Positions 35,757 to 44,314 of a stretch of 64,000 nucleotides of DNA are shown here, piece after piece. Both the position numbers and the translations under genes were made by a program. Numbering within the stretch: the stretch's first letter is position 1; each line of letters begins with the position of its first letter. Source of the stretch: a virus; IMG/VR virus record IMGVR_UViG_2718217807_000006. One strand, 5' to 3'. Under the pieces are notes generated by a model. It saw only the letters and a list, made by a program, of their open reading frames with translations. It was not told the origin of the DNA and searched no databases.

Positions 35757-36319
35757 ATCACTTAATGATCGATTTGATTAACGTTAATAAGAAACCGTCT
35801 TCACCTTTATGCGCTATCGAAGCCGTATTCTTTGAACCGTCAACAGGGCAGATCGGAAAGGTTTTTTATTCTCCGATAGACATTCGCAAAGCTGAAAGCC
35901 TGAAGGGCTGTATCAGCATTGGCACCGCCTTTGACTGGATGAAAAAAGACTCTCACTGGCGCGCTGAAGTCATGAGCGCAACCGAGGCTGAAGAGGATGC
36001 GCTTTGCAACCTTGCGGGCTTCATAGCCGATAATATAGCGAACCATACCGCGCCTTTATTTGTGTGGTTTAAAGACACCCCGGAAAAGTTAGTTTCGCTG
36101 CGATATGCCGTTGAGCGCACGGAGGTGACTGGCGTTTTCCTTGATGGTGCAAAATTCCGTTGTATTCGTTCTCTTCTCGATCTTGCCGCAGCTACTGGCT
36201 ACGTGCCTCACGCGCGGAAAGCCTTCGCACGTTACGCCCTGACAGACGCTATTTATCAGGCCGAACAGGTTTGCGAGATCTGGCAGCGCCTGACCTCCCC
36301 ACACATTGAAACGCTGTGA
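35753..36319 (+). CDS. 3'-5' exonuclease-like (DEDDh) protein, apparently degenerate
   Basis: MNHLMIDL...AIEAVFFEPSTG...ALTDAIYQA. Confidence 0.75.
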   Translation: MNHLMIDLINVNKKPSSPLCAIEAVFFEPSTGQIGKVFYSPIDIRKAESLKGCISIGTAFDWMKKDSHWRAEVMSATEAEEDALCNLAGFIADNIANHTAPLFVWFKDTPEKLVSLRYAVERTEVTGVFLDGAKFRCIRSLLDLAAATGYVPHARKAFARYALTDAIYQAEQVCEIWQRLTSPHIETL

Positions 36320-36327
36320 GGCCCGCC

Positions 36328-36555
36328 ATGTATCCGCGCCTCTCCGTTGTTTGTAGCGCGCCGCTGCCAGTCTGCATCAGGGCGCTTGCCGCCCTTAAAT
36401 GCTTTGCTCGCCGCCAGCGAAATTACTCCCGCATAAAGCCTCATTCCTACCTTGTGATCCGCATCGGCCGACGTTGGCGCTTGCTCAGTAAGAACGGCGG
36501 CCAGCGGTGGCGACTCATGACGCACGAAACCTATAACAAGGAATACCGCAAATGA
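36328..36555 (+). CDS. Small basic protein, ParE/RelE-like fold suspected
   Basis: LVIRIGRRWRLLSKNGG..WRLMTHETYNK. Confidence 0.55.
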   Translation: MYPRLSVVCSAPLPVCIRALAALKCFARRQRNYSRIKPHSYLVIRIGRRWRLLSKNGGQRWRLMTHETYNKEYRK

Positions 36556-37505
36556 TTAGATCACCGATCAAATGGGCGGGCGGTAAAACCCGCGTGATGC
36601 CGGAGCTGCTGAAGCACTTACCAAAAGCTGATTGTTTAATAGAGCCGTTCGTTGGCAGCGGTACCGTATTTATGAATACGGAATTCCGCCGCTATGTGCT
36701 TTGTGACAGCAATCGCGCGCTGATTCACTTCTTCAGCGTGCTAACGCGTTTCACCGATGAACTAATAGACGTTGCCCGATCATTCTTTACGGATGGTAAC
36801 TTCAGCGAAGACTATTACGCATGCCGTGATGGTTTCAATTTCATCAGCAAAAACCAGGTCATTGGCCACGCTCGCAAAATCCAATGGGCGGCAATGTTCC
36901 TGTATCTCAATCGCCATGGATTTAATGGGCTATATCGCGTTAATCAAAAGGGCGAATTTAACGTCCCATTCGGAAAATTTGCCGCGCCTTACTTCCCTGA
37001 AAAAGAAATGCGCTTGTTCGCTGAAAAAGCGAATGACACAAAAGCGATATTCCTCCATGCAGATTTTCGTCATTCCATCCCTGACGTTATTCAACTGGCA
37101 TATGACGCTGTTATTTACTGCGATCCCCCGTACATCCCGGCCAGCAAAACTGCAAATTTCACCGCCTACGGTAAGCCGTTCACACCGGACGATCACCGCG
37201 CTCTAGTTGCGACGTTGCTGGAGGTAAACCGCCAGCACGGCACGCGCTCGGTTATCTCCAACAGCGACACCCCGGAAACCCGCGAGATTTACTCCGCTTT
37301 CAAGCTCCACGCGTTAAGCGTTCGCCGCTCTGTCAGCGCCAAAAGTCGCGATATGGCTGGCGAGGTTATTGGCGTGCTTCGCGTGTGCGATTGCTGCGGT
37401 CGTTCTGGCGGTGGTTATTGCCCTGACTGCGGTCCGGTTATGGGGGCTTCTACTTACGACGAAATGGCGGCGACAGGTGCATTCGATGGGGCGGAGGGAT
37501 TCTGA
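36552..37505 (+). CDS. dam: DNA adenine methyltransferase (Dam family)
   Basis: IKWAGGK, IEPFVGSG, FLYLNRHGFNGLYRVN, YCDPPY. Confidence 0.95.
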   Translation: MIRSPIKWAGGKTRVMPELLKHLPKADCLIEPFVGSGTVFMNTEFRRYVLCDSNRALIHFFSVLTRFTDELIDVARSFFTDGNFSEDYYACRDGFNFISKNQVIGHARKIQWAAMFLYLNRHGFNGLYRVNQKGEFNVPFGKFAAPYFPEKEMRLFAEKANDTKAIFLHADFRHSIPDVIQLAYDAVIYCDPPYIPASKTANFTAYGKPFTPDDHRALVATLLEVNRQHGTRSVISNSDTPETREIYSAFKLHALSVRRSVSAKSRDMAGEVIGVLRVCDCCGRSGGGYCPDCGPVMGASTYDEMAATGAFDGAEGF

Positions 37506-37777
37506 TGAATGAGCCAGTCTGGTTAGCAGTAGATCCCGCCGATGAGTCAGGGGATCGCACCACAGTTACGGCGCTGGTTTACCGCATAACCGATAGTCAG
37601 CAGTACCCCACCTTCACCCTGATTGATTTCAGGGCGTTCATCCTTGATGCGGCTGTACCGGCCTCCAGGTCATGCGTATCCGGCGTGGGCCACGATGACC
37701 AGCATATCAAGAGGGGCGGACTTGTACGCCTGCAACTCCCTTCCGAAAGACTTAAAGAGGAGTTGCCATCCCGATGA
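37505..37777 (+). CDS. Hypothetical protein
   Basis: Coupled to the dam stop. Confidence 0.5.
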   Translation: MNEPVWLAVDPADESGDRTTVTALVYRITDSQQYPTFTLIDFRAFILDAAVPASRSCVSGVGHDDQHIKRGGLVRLQLPSERLKEELPSR

Positions 37778-37947
37778 ATACCATTGATGCCGTTGTAACC
37801 CGCATTCTCGACGTACGCCCCTATCGCCATTTCTGGCTTGTTGAAGTGGAGGTGCTGAGCTGGGGGCAATACAGCAATACGACCATTTTCCGCGATAGCG
37901 AAAAAGATGCTCGCCAGGTTCAACCCGGCGACACGGTGACGATCTGA
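37774..37947 (+). CDS. Hypothetical 57-aa protein
   Basis: Manual translation MNTIDAVVTRILDVRPYRHFWLVEVEVLSWG...; RBS GAGGAG. Confidence 0.6.
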   Translation: MNTIDAVVTRILDVRPYRHFWLVEVEVLSWGQYSNTTIFRDSEKDARQVQPGDTVTI

Positions 37948-37956
37948 GGCCCGCAG

Positions 37957-38112
37957 ATGAACAAAGAAATCAATTCTCGCCGGTTCTGGCGAAACCTCGT
38001 GATCTGCTGCGTGCTGTGCTCGCTGCTGTTCTGGTTACCGATGGGATATATCGCTTTCCGTGTCGGGGCGGTGGTGTGGGAGGCGCTGTGGTTGCTTATT
38101 ACAACGAAATAG
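37957..38112 (+). CDS. Small membrane protein (51 aa)
   Basis: Manual translation MNKEINSRRFWRNLVICCVLCSLLFWLPMGYIAF...; RBS GAGG. Confidence 0.55.
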   Translation: MNKEINSRRFWRNLVICCVLCSLLFWLPMGYIAFRVGAVVWEALWLLITTK

Positions 38113-39230
38113 ACCCCTACGCGGCCCAATGGATACGCAACCTTATCGACGCCGGCCATATTGCGCCTGGCGTCGTTGATACCCGCTCAATTGAGGATGT
38201 CACCCCAAATGACCTTAAAGGATTCACACAGTGCCATTTCTTCGCCGGAATCGGCGGCTGGTCGCTCGCACTGCGTCGGGCAGGCTGGCCGGATAGCCGC
38301 CCGGCATGGTCAGCATCATGCCCATGCCAGCCTTTCAGCCAGGCAGGCAGAAAAAAAGGATTTACTGACGAGCGGCACCTATGGCCCGCCGCACATTGGC
38401 TTATCGGCCAGCGAGATCCTGTCGTTGTCTTTGGCGAGCAATCTGGCAGCGCTGACGCGAATGACTGGATCGACCTTGTACAAGCTGACGTGGAAGCCCT
38501 GGGCTATGCATTCGGGGCGGTTGCGTTTCCGTCTGCGAGCGTCGGTGCGCCGCACCAGCGAGACCGTGCGTATTGGGTGGCCGACGCCTCTCGCGAACAA
38601 TGGGAAGGGCGCGGGGAATTTCAACCGACAGGGGGGGGTAAACCTTCAGACAGCAGCGTTATTAACTGGCTGGCCGACGCCGGCCGCGAACGAATTCGAA
38701 CCGAAAGACTTGCAAAAGCTTTTGGAGAGAAGGGAGAAATACTCGACCAAATATGGAAACAACGGGTTCGGCCTGACGCTGGGGCAGTCAGTGCATCTGC
38801 TGGCAGGCTGGCCCACGCCAACGACAATCGACAACAATCAGATTGCGGGGCAGGGGGCGGCGGCCAATGCACCAAAGCGCGGGACGACGCTGGGCGGCGC
38901 TGCCCGACTGGCAGTATGGCCGACTCCGACAGCCACGGACGGAAAAGGCGGCTATCAGGGCGGGAGGATCCGCAACGGAAAACTATCAACGGACAGGCTG
39001 GATGTGGCTGCGCAGATTGCGGGGCCGGCCCGGTTAACAGTTTCTGGAGTGATGCTGATTGGCTCCATTGCCAGGATGGAAAGTGGCGGCCAGTTAGACC
39101 CGGATCATTCCCGTTGGCTAATGGGGTTCCCGCCAGAGTGGGAAGACTGCGCGCCTACGGAAACGCTATCAACATTGAAGCGGCGGCAGCGTTCATAAAA
39201 TCCTACATGGCAGCGGTGGATCATGTCTGA
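38088..39230 (+). CDS. C5 cytosine methyltransferase, alpha chain (motifs I-VIII, X)
   Basis: GTG after GGAGG; FFAGIGG, SCPCQPFS, FGEQ, PHQRDRAY, RLRAYGNAI. Confidence 0.88.
   Translation: MVAYYNEIDPYAAQWIRNLIDAGHIAPGVVDTRSIEDVTPNDLKGFTQCHFFAGIGGWSLALRRAGWPDSRPAWSASCPCQPFSQAGRKKGFTDERHLWPAAHWLIGQRDPVVVFGEQSGSADANDWIDLVQADVEALGYAFGAVAFPSASVGAPHQRDRAYWVADASREQWEGRGEFQPTGGGKPSDSSVINWLADAGRERIRTERLAKAFGEKGEILDQIWKQRVRPDAGAVSASAGRLAHANDNRQQSDCGAGGGGQCTKARDDAGRRCPTGSMADSDSHGRKRRLSGREDPQRKTINGQAGCGCADCGAGPVNSFWSDADWLHCQDGKWRPVRPGSFPLANGVPARVGRLRAYGNAINIEAAAAFIKSYMAAVDHV
38197..39198 (+). CDS. C5 methyltransferase beta chain overprinted in the +1 frame (TRD-like repeats + motif IX); start uncertain
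   Basis: ~1 kb stop-free alternative frame; four WPTP repeats; C-terminal QLDPDHSRWLMGFPPEW. Confidence 0.75.
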   Translation: MSPQMTLKDSHSAISSPESAAGRSHCVGQAGRIAARHGQHHAHASLSARQAEKKDLLTSGTYGPPHIGLSASEILSLSLASNLAALTRMTGSTLYKLTWKPWAMHSGRLRFRLRASVRRTSETVRIGWPTPLANNGKGAGNFNRQGGVNLQTAALLTGWPTPAANEFEPKDLQKLLERREKYSTKYGNNGFGLTLGQSVHLLAGWPTPTTIDNNQIAGQGAAANAPKRGTTLGGAARLAVWPTPTATDGKGGYQGGRIRNGKLSTDRLDVAAQIAGPARLTVSGVMLIGSIARMESGGQLDPDHSRWLMGFPPEWEDCAPTETLSTLKRRQRS

Positions 39231-41820
39231 TTCCACTGCTTTGGAATGGAACTGGAACGCCGAACGGCAGGCCATTAACCCAAACGACGTCGAAGATCCA
39301 GTAATTGAGTATCTCACTCCAAAAGGCGAGCGTAAGGCGCTCGCCTATAGCGATCTTGTTGACGTCGTTTATCGGACGCCAATGCGCCCTCGTGAAGGCG
39401 AGGCGCGCAAATCATTCGATCGCGCAAAGCACGCTCGTTACCTGCGCCGACGCGTGCAGGCGCTACCGGCGTTTATCCGTAAGCGCTTTTCCCAGCGCCT
39501 GGAGTCACTGGAGCGCCAGGACCCAAAGCAGGCTGTGCGCTGGTTATTCAGTACGTTTGAGCGTCATGTACTACGCCGCGTTGATGCGGTAAATGCGCAA
39601 TACCTGCCACAAAGCAACCTACCGGCAATCCTGTTTCCGCTTCGTGATGATTTTCATTTGCTGCCCTGGGCAGACAAAAAGCGCCTGAAACGACTGGCCT
39701 ATAAGCTCGCCAACCTGATGAAAAGCGAGTTTATGCGCGAGTTTGATTTCCAGCACGATAAAACCGCCGATGTAGAGTTTTCCACTATCTACGCGTATGG
39801 CGCCATTGCCAGCAAGGCGACGGCTCTCAATATTGCGATCCCGGGCTGGGGGCAATATTGCGATGAAACGCTGAGTGCTGATGATGCGTTGCGCTTTTTT
39901 GCAAGGCTTCAAAAGGAAAAGTGGTGGCTGGGTAAACTCCGCAAAATCCATGACCGCTGGCGCGAGCACCTCATGATCGCCACGACTTACGTCAGTAAAG
40001 TGTCATCACCTTACTGCTCTGAACCCTGTCTCAGAGAGTGGACGGCTCAAAAGAAGGCCAACTTTGAATACCTTCAGGCGATGGAGCTGGAAGACCAGGA
40101 CACTGGCGAGCGTATCTCCTTGCTCGATAAGGTCATGGGCAGCGTTTCCAACCCGAAGATCGCCCGTCATGAATTGATGGTGCGTATGCGTGGCTTTGAG
40201 GATATGGCTAACGAGATGGGACTGGTTGGCATGTTCTACACGTTGACCGCACCGTCACGTTATCACGCTACGCATGTGCATTCCGGCAAGCGCAACGATA
40301 AATACTGCAATGCAAGCCCACGCAAAACTCAAAAGTACCTTTGCAACGTCTGGTCACGTGTACGCGCCAAATGGGGAAGGGAAGGCATCCGCACATTTGG
40401 TTTTCGTGTCGCTGAACCGCATCACGACGGAACGCCACACTGGCACCTGCTGTTATTTCTCCGCCCTGAAGAGGTAGAGCTTGCCACTGATATTTTCCAC
40501 GAGTACGCCCTCCAGGAAGATGGAAGCGAGCCAGGCGCAGCTGAATATCGTTTTACTGCCAAACCAATTGATGAAGAGTTTGGATCAGCAACGGGATACA
40601 TCGCGAAGTACATCTCTAAAAATATCGACGGTTATGGCATGGATGGCGAGTTTGATCACGAATCAGGCAAGCCCGTTAAAGAGATGGCAATGCGCGTGCG
40701 GGCGTGGGCTTCACGCTGGAGTATTCGCCAGTTTCAGCAGATTGGCGGCGCGCCTGTATCTACCTGGCGGGAGCTGCGGCGGCTGGGGAGTCGTGAGCTT
40801 GTCTTGCACCCGGAACTTGAAGCGGCCCGCGCTGCCGCTGATGCGCCCGACTGGCCGGGATATGTCAACGCCCAGGGCGGCCCGTTTGTAACCCGTGATT
40901 GCCTGCGCGTGCGTCTCAATTATGAATACACCGAAAACGGCAATGATTATGGTGACACGGTCGCCAAAATCACCGGCGTTTATTGTCCTTTTACGATCAG
41001 TGAATCGGTCATTTATACCCGCAACAACGATTACAAAATTGTACCGAAGCGCAAGCCGTCGCCGGTCGAGAATTTGACCTTAGAAGGCCGCGACGCGGCC
41101 CCTCGGAGTTCTGTCAATAACTGTACGGGGCGCTTCGCTTCGGATGAAAAACCACCATCAGAGACGGTAGTGCCAGCTGATAAAACCGCGCCTGACAACA
41201 GTTCAGTGACAGAACTTCCGCTGAATATCGAAGATTTAAGGCGATATTCACGCCAGCAAAGGCAGGAGATCACCAGCAGGCTAAGAAAATCCGCTAGGGA
41301 AAGCTCAGATCAAGCCTTCACGCGTACCGCGCGCTGCCTGCGCACGTCAATTGATGATGAAACCGCGCTGACATGGGGACCAAAAGTTACCGCCGCGAAA
41401 GATATGAGCCTGACGCCGGAAGAAGCAGACCAGCGCTGGCGCGAACAGCTGCGCATCGAGGCGGAGCGGCGCGCGAACAATTACGCCGCTGCGGCTGCGG
41501 AATACCAGACGAAAAAGGCCGAGGCCGCATTGCGCCAGGCCCAGCAAAAAGAAGCGATGCAAAAGCACGGCACCTCCGAAGAAATGATCGCCAGCATCGG
41601 CGCGCAGCTGCGCGATTGCCGAATTTTCGTCAGTGATGAAGTTGTGCGGTCAATCGCCGACGGTGCCCGCGTTCGCCACGGTGGCGGGATGCTGGCGGCT
41701 GAAAACGGCCGGTTGCGTGAGGTGAAGGTGTGGCATGCAGGCGAGAAAGATAAACCAACTTCCGAATACATGGCAGTGCGTGACCTGGTCACGCGCTTGA
41801 AGAAGGCAGCTACTCACTAA
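39223..41820 (+). CDS. A: Replication endonuclease gpA (rolling-circle initiator)
   Basis: FYTLTAPSRYH, RVAEPHHDGTPHWHLL, GYIAKYISKNIDG. Confidence 0.95.
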   Translation: MSDSTALEWNWNAERQAINPNDVEDPVIEYLTPKGERKALAYSDLVDVVYRTPMRPREGEARKSFDRAKHARYLRRRVQALPAFIRKRFSQRLESLERQDPKQAVRWLFSTFERHVLRRVDAVNAQYLPQSNLPAILFPLRDDFHLLPWADKKRLKRLAYKLANLMKSEFMREFDFQHDKTADVEFSTIYAYGAIASKATALNIAIPGWGQYCDETLSADDALRFFARLQKEKWWLGKLRKIHDRWREHLMIATTYVSKVSSPYCSEPCLREWTAQKKANFEYLQAMELEDQDTGERISLLDKVMGSVSNPKIARHELMVRMRGFEDMANEMGLVGMFYTLTAPSRYHATHVHSGKRNDKYCNASPRKTQKYLCNVWSRVRAKWGREGIRTFGFRVAEPHHDGTPHWHLLLFLRPEEVELATDIFHEYALQEDGSEPGAAEYRFTAKPIDEEFGSATGYIAKYISKNIDGYGMDGEFDHESGKPVKEMAMRVRAWASRWSIRQFQQIGGAPVSTWRELRRLGSRELVLHPELEAARAAADAPDWPGYVNAQGGPFVTRDCLRVRLNYEYTENGNDYGDTVAKITGVYCPFTISESVIYTRNNDYKIVPKRKPSPVENLTLEGRDAAPRSSVNNCTGRFASDEKPPSETVVPADKTAPDNSSVTELPLNIEDLRRYSRQQRQEITSRLRKSARESSDQAFTRTARCLRTSIDDETALTWGPKVTAAKDMSLTPEEADQRWREQLRIEAERRANNYAAAAAEYQTKKAEAALRQAQQKEAMQKHGTSEEMIASIGAQLRDCRIFVSDEVVRSIADGARVRHGGGMLAAENGRLREVKVWHAGEKDKPTSEYMAVRDLVTRLKKAATH

Positions 41821-42024
41821 AGAGTGTAAGATGGCATTTCGTGTTATAAAAGCAAGAATTTTTTATGTTCAGAAAAGACTATGGTTTGAGTTAACGGAAG
41901 TAAGCAATAATTAAAGTTTAGACACAGGTTTAGGTGAAAAAATGTACTATCCTGTGATGTCAAAGCTCATTTTTGAGTTTGGAGTTAAAATAAAAGACAT
42001 AGCATTGATAATAGCGGGGCGATA

Positions 42025-42774
42025 ATGAAAAAAATAAATCTTAGTTTTTCAGAGTGGCTAGGTTTAGTAACATCTGTGTCAGCTGTATATTCTTATATCT
42101 ATTACTTTAGATTTTGGAGGTTTTTCGGGATTAATGCCTATGATTACTTCAGCTATATTGATGCTTTGCAACATTCGATACCATCAATTATCATGGCGTT
42201 AATTCTTATTTTAGTGTTAACTTTGAGTTTTGCGTATTATATTTTTTTTGACAGGAAGACAATCATTTCATTTTATAGGTACTCATTTTATCTCGCAAAA
42301 ACAACCCACTATCATAATACACTTAAAATTTCTATATCTTTATTTGCTTTAATAATTGCTTTTGACTTTTTTTTAGGGTGGTTTTTAAATTATGGATTGT
42401 TTTCATCGAATATATCTTATTTGATAGCGGTCTCTTTGTCGGTTATTTTAATTGCTTGTGGTTCATTATCATTCTCTTATTTTTTTATGCTTACCAGTAT
42501 TAGGAATGGCGCAGGAATTAAAAAGAACTTGGTTGTTTTTTATTTCTTTCAAATCCCTCTGGTGATGTTTTTTTCTTCGTTTAACCTTCCCATGGTTAAT
42601 GCGTTCTATTTTGAGACACATGATAATGCTCAAGTAGTATTCAAAGATGATGGGATATTAAAAACACAAAGATTATTGGGTATAACTAAGGATTATTTTA
42701 TTCTTATGGACGGAGGGAGAGGGGTTGTTAGAAAAACAGATACTTTGCAGTATATTATTTATAAAGGGAATTAA
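42025..42774 (+). CDS. AT-rich multi-TM accessory protein in the A-to-portal hotspot
   Basis: 249 aa, about 5 TMs, very low GC. Confidence 0.8.
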   Translation: MKKINLSFSEWLGLVTSVSAVYSYIYYFRFWRFFGINAYDYFSYIDALQHSIPSIIMALILILVLTLSFAYYIFFDRKTIISFYRYSFYLAKTTHYHNTLKISISLFALIIAFDFFLGWFLNYGLFSSNISYLIAVSLSVILIACGSLSFSYFFMLTSIRNGAGIKKNLVVFYFFQIPLVMFFSSFNLPMVNAFYFETHDNAQVVFKDDGILKTQRLLGITKDYFILMDGGRGVVRKTDTLQYIIYKGN

Positions 42775-43252
42775 CTGCGATTCTTTAACTAAATGTCATC
42801 AATATTATGTGTCAATGATTTAAATATCAGACATGATACGCAGTAATCTTATTGTGACAGTTAAAAAACAGCAGTTGGATGCTGCAAGAAAATGCACAGA
42901 TTTGCACAATTTTTTTGATGTACTTTATCCCCTTTTAGCCCATGCGGGGTGCGGTCTGAGACCGGTTTTGTGCATGCACGAAAAATGAAAGGATTGCTGC
43001 GCGCAGGTGACGGGGGGCAAGCCCCCGCAAACGGGGGTGGATAGGGCATGGGCTTAATAGGTAATTTCGCGCAATCTGCGCCACTGTAAGCGGTTATATT
43101 TGGATGAGTGATGCGCGGGGTATCTAAGCGACAGCGGCGCACAGAGAGGCACAGGAGCGGGATTTGATTAACAGTAAATACAGGGCCAGCGGTGGCGCTG
43201 GCCCGTTGTCACTGGCTGCGGTTATTTAAAAAGATTGAATGTCGTGACGGGG

Positions 43253-44314
43253 TTATTTGACGTCAGCAAGGAGTGCGTAAGGGTTGAAGCGGATCACTTC
43301 TTCGCCCGCCCACTCATTAACCACCTTCAGCGCTTCCATGACGGGCGTCAGCTCGTTGATGGCGTAGACCCGCGCAGCCTTCTCGATATCCCCGAAAGAT
43401 CCGTTTCCCTCTGGCATGGCGCCCATCAGCTGCGGCGGTATACGGTGCGCCGCGAGTATGTCGTCCCGCGTGGCGTTCTTGATATTAATAAACTCATCTT
43501 TTGCGGTGATTTGCTGGAAAGGGAGGATTTGCACGCCGTCTTTGCCGCCGCCTGGCGCATGCAGCAGCAGGTTTTTAAATGCCCCTTTCCCGCGCGCGCC
43601 GGTCAGCGTCTCCTTGACTGCCTTCATGCTTTTGTCGTCAACCTGTCCGGCGCCAATATAGACAATGCATCCGGCGTGAGATCCGTTGTCGTAATACAGC
43701 TTGCGAAACATGTCAGCGGAGTGGGCCAGGCTGGCGGCCAGCAGTGCGGCCATATATTCCGGCATGCCGTAGACCTCCTGATTGATATCAGGATTCAGAA
43801 CGTGACAAACCGACCCCGATTTAAACGTATGCTCTTCTTTCCAGCGCCTGATAAACCAGTATTGATCGAGGTCAACGCTCCCGCGCCGGGTGTATTTCGC
43901 CAGTGAATGCCGGAAGGGTAGCGCGCCGCCCAGGCGGTTGCGCGGTTGCTCAAGATAAGCATTACCGAACGTGAACCAGTCGAGCGCAAACGCGGAGAAG
44001 GTCTGGCGATTAAGCCGTTTATGCGGAATAAAGCACCCGGTCAGCACATTGCGTTTAAAGTACAACGCCGACTCATGCCAGGCGCTCTGGCGCGGAGCTT
44101 TAGCCAGCCCGTAAAAATCTACTGGCGTCTCATAGTATCGCCCGTTGTCCATGCAATAGAGATTGTCCAGCAGATCAGCCATGTCGCGCACGGGATAAGG
44201 GCCGTCAAAACTGAATGCTGTCAACGCGGGATCAGCCTTCAATGATTCCGCAATGTCAGAACCGGCAGTGCTAGCCATTTGTTTTTTTCCGTATTTCTTT
44301 TTCACAGTTACCAT
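43253..44314 (-). CDS. Q: Portal protein (P2 gpQ/PBSX family)
   Basis: DINQEVYGMPEY, YYDNGSHAG, AAHRIPPQLMG. Confidence 0.95.
   Translation of the reverse strand: MVTVKKKYGKKQMASTAGSDIAESLKADPALTAFSFDGPYPVRDMADLLDNLYCMDNGRYYETPVDFYGLAKAPRQSAWHESALYFKRNVLTGCFIPHKRLNRQTFSAFALDWFTFGNAYLEQPRNRLGGALPFRHSLAKYTRRGSVDLDQYWFIRRWKEEHTFKSGSVCHVLNPDINQEVYGMPEYMAALLAASLAHSADMFRKLYYDNGSHAGCIVYIGAGQVDDKSMKAVKETLTGARGKGAFKNLLLHAPGGGKDGVQILPFQQITAKDEFINIKNATRDDILAAHRIPPQLMGAMPEGNGSFGDIEKAARVYAINELTPVMEALKVVNEWAGEEVIRFNPYALLADVK

Noticed and set aside
38631..38638. G8 tract in the dual-coding MTase region as a phase-variation switch
   Set aside because: The tract is short, and slippage would fuse the frames but lose motif X; no supporting evidence.
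42860..43250. Exact cos site of prophage B
   Set aside because: The position fits and several palindromes are present, but I could not match a P2/186-type 19-nt cohesive end, so no coordinates are claimed.
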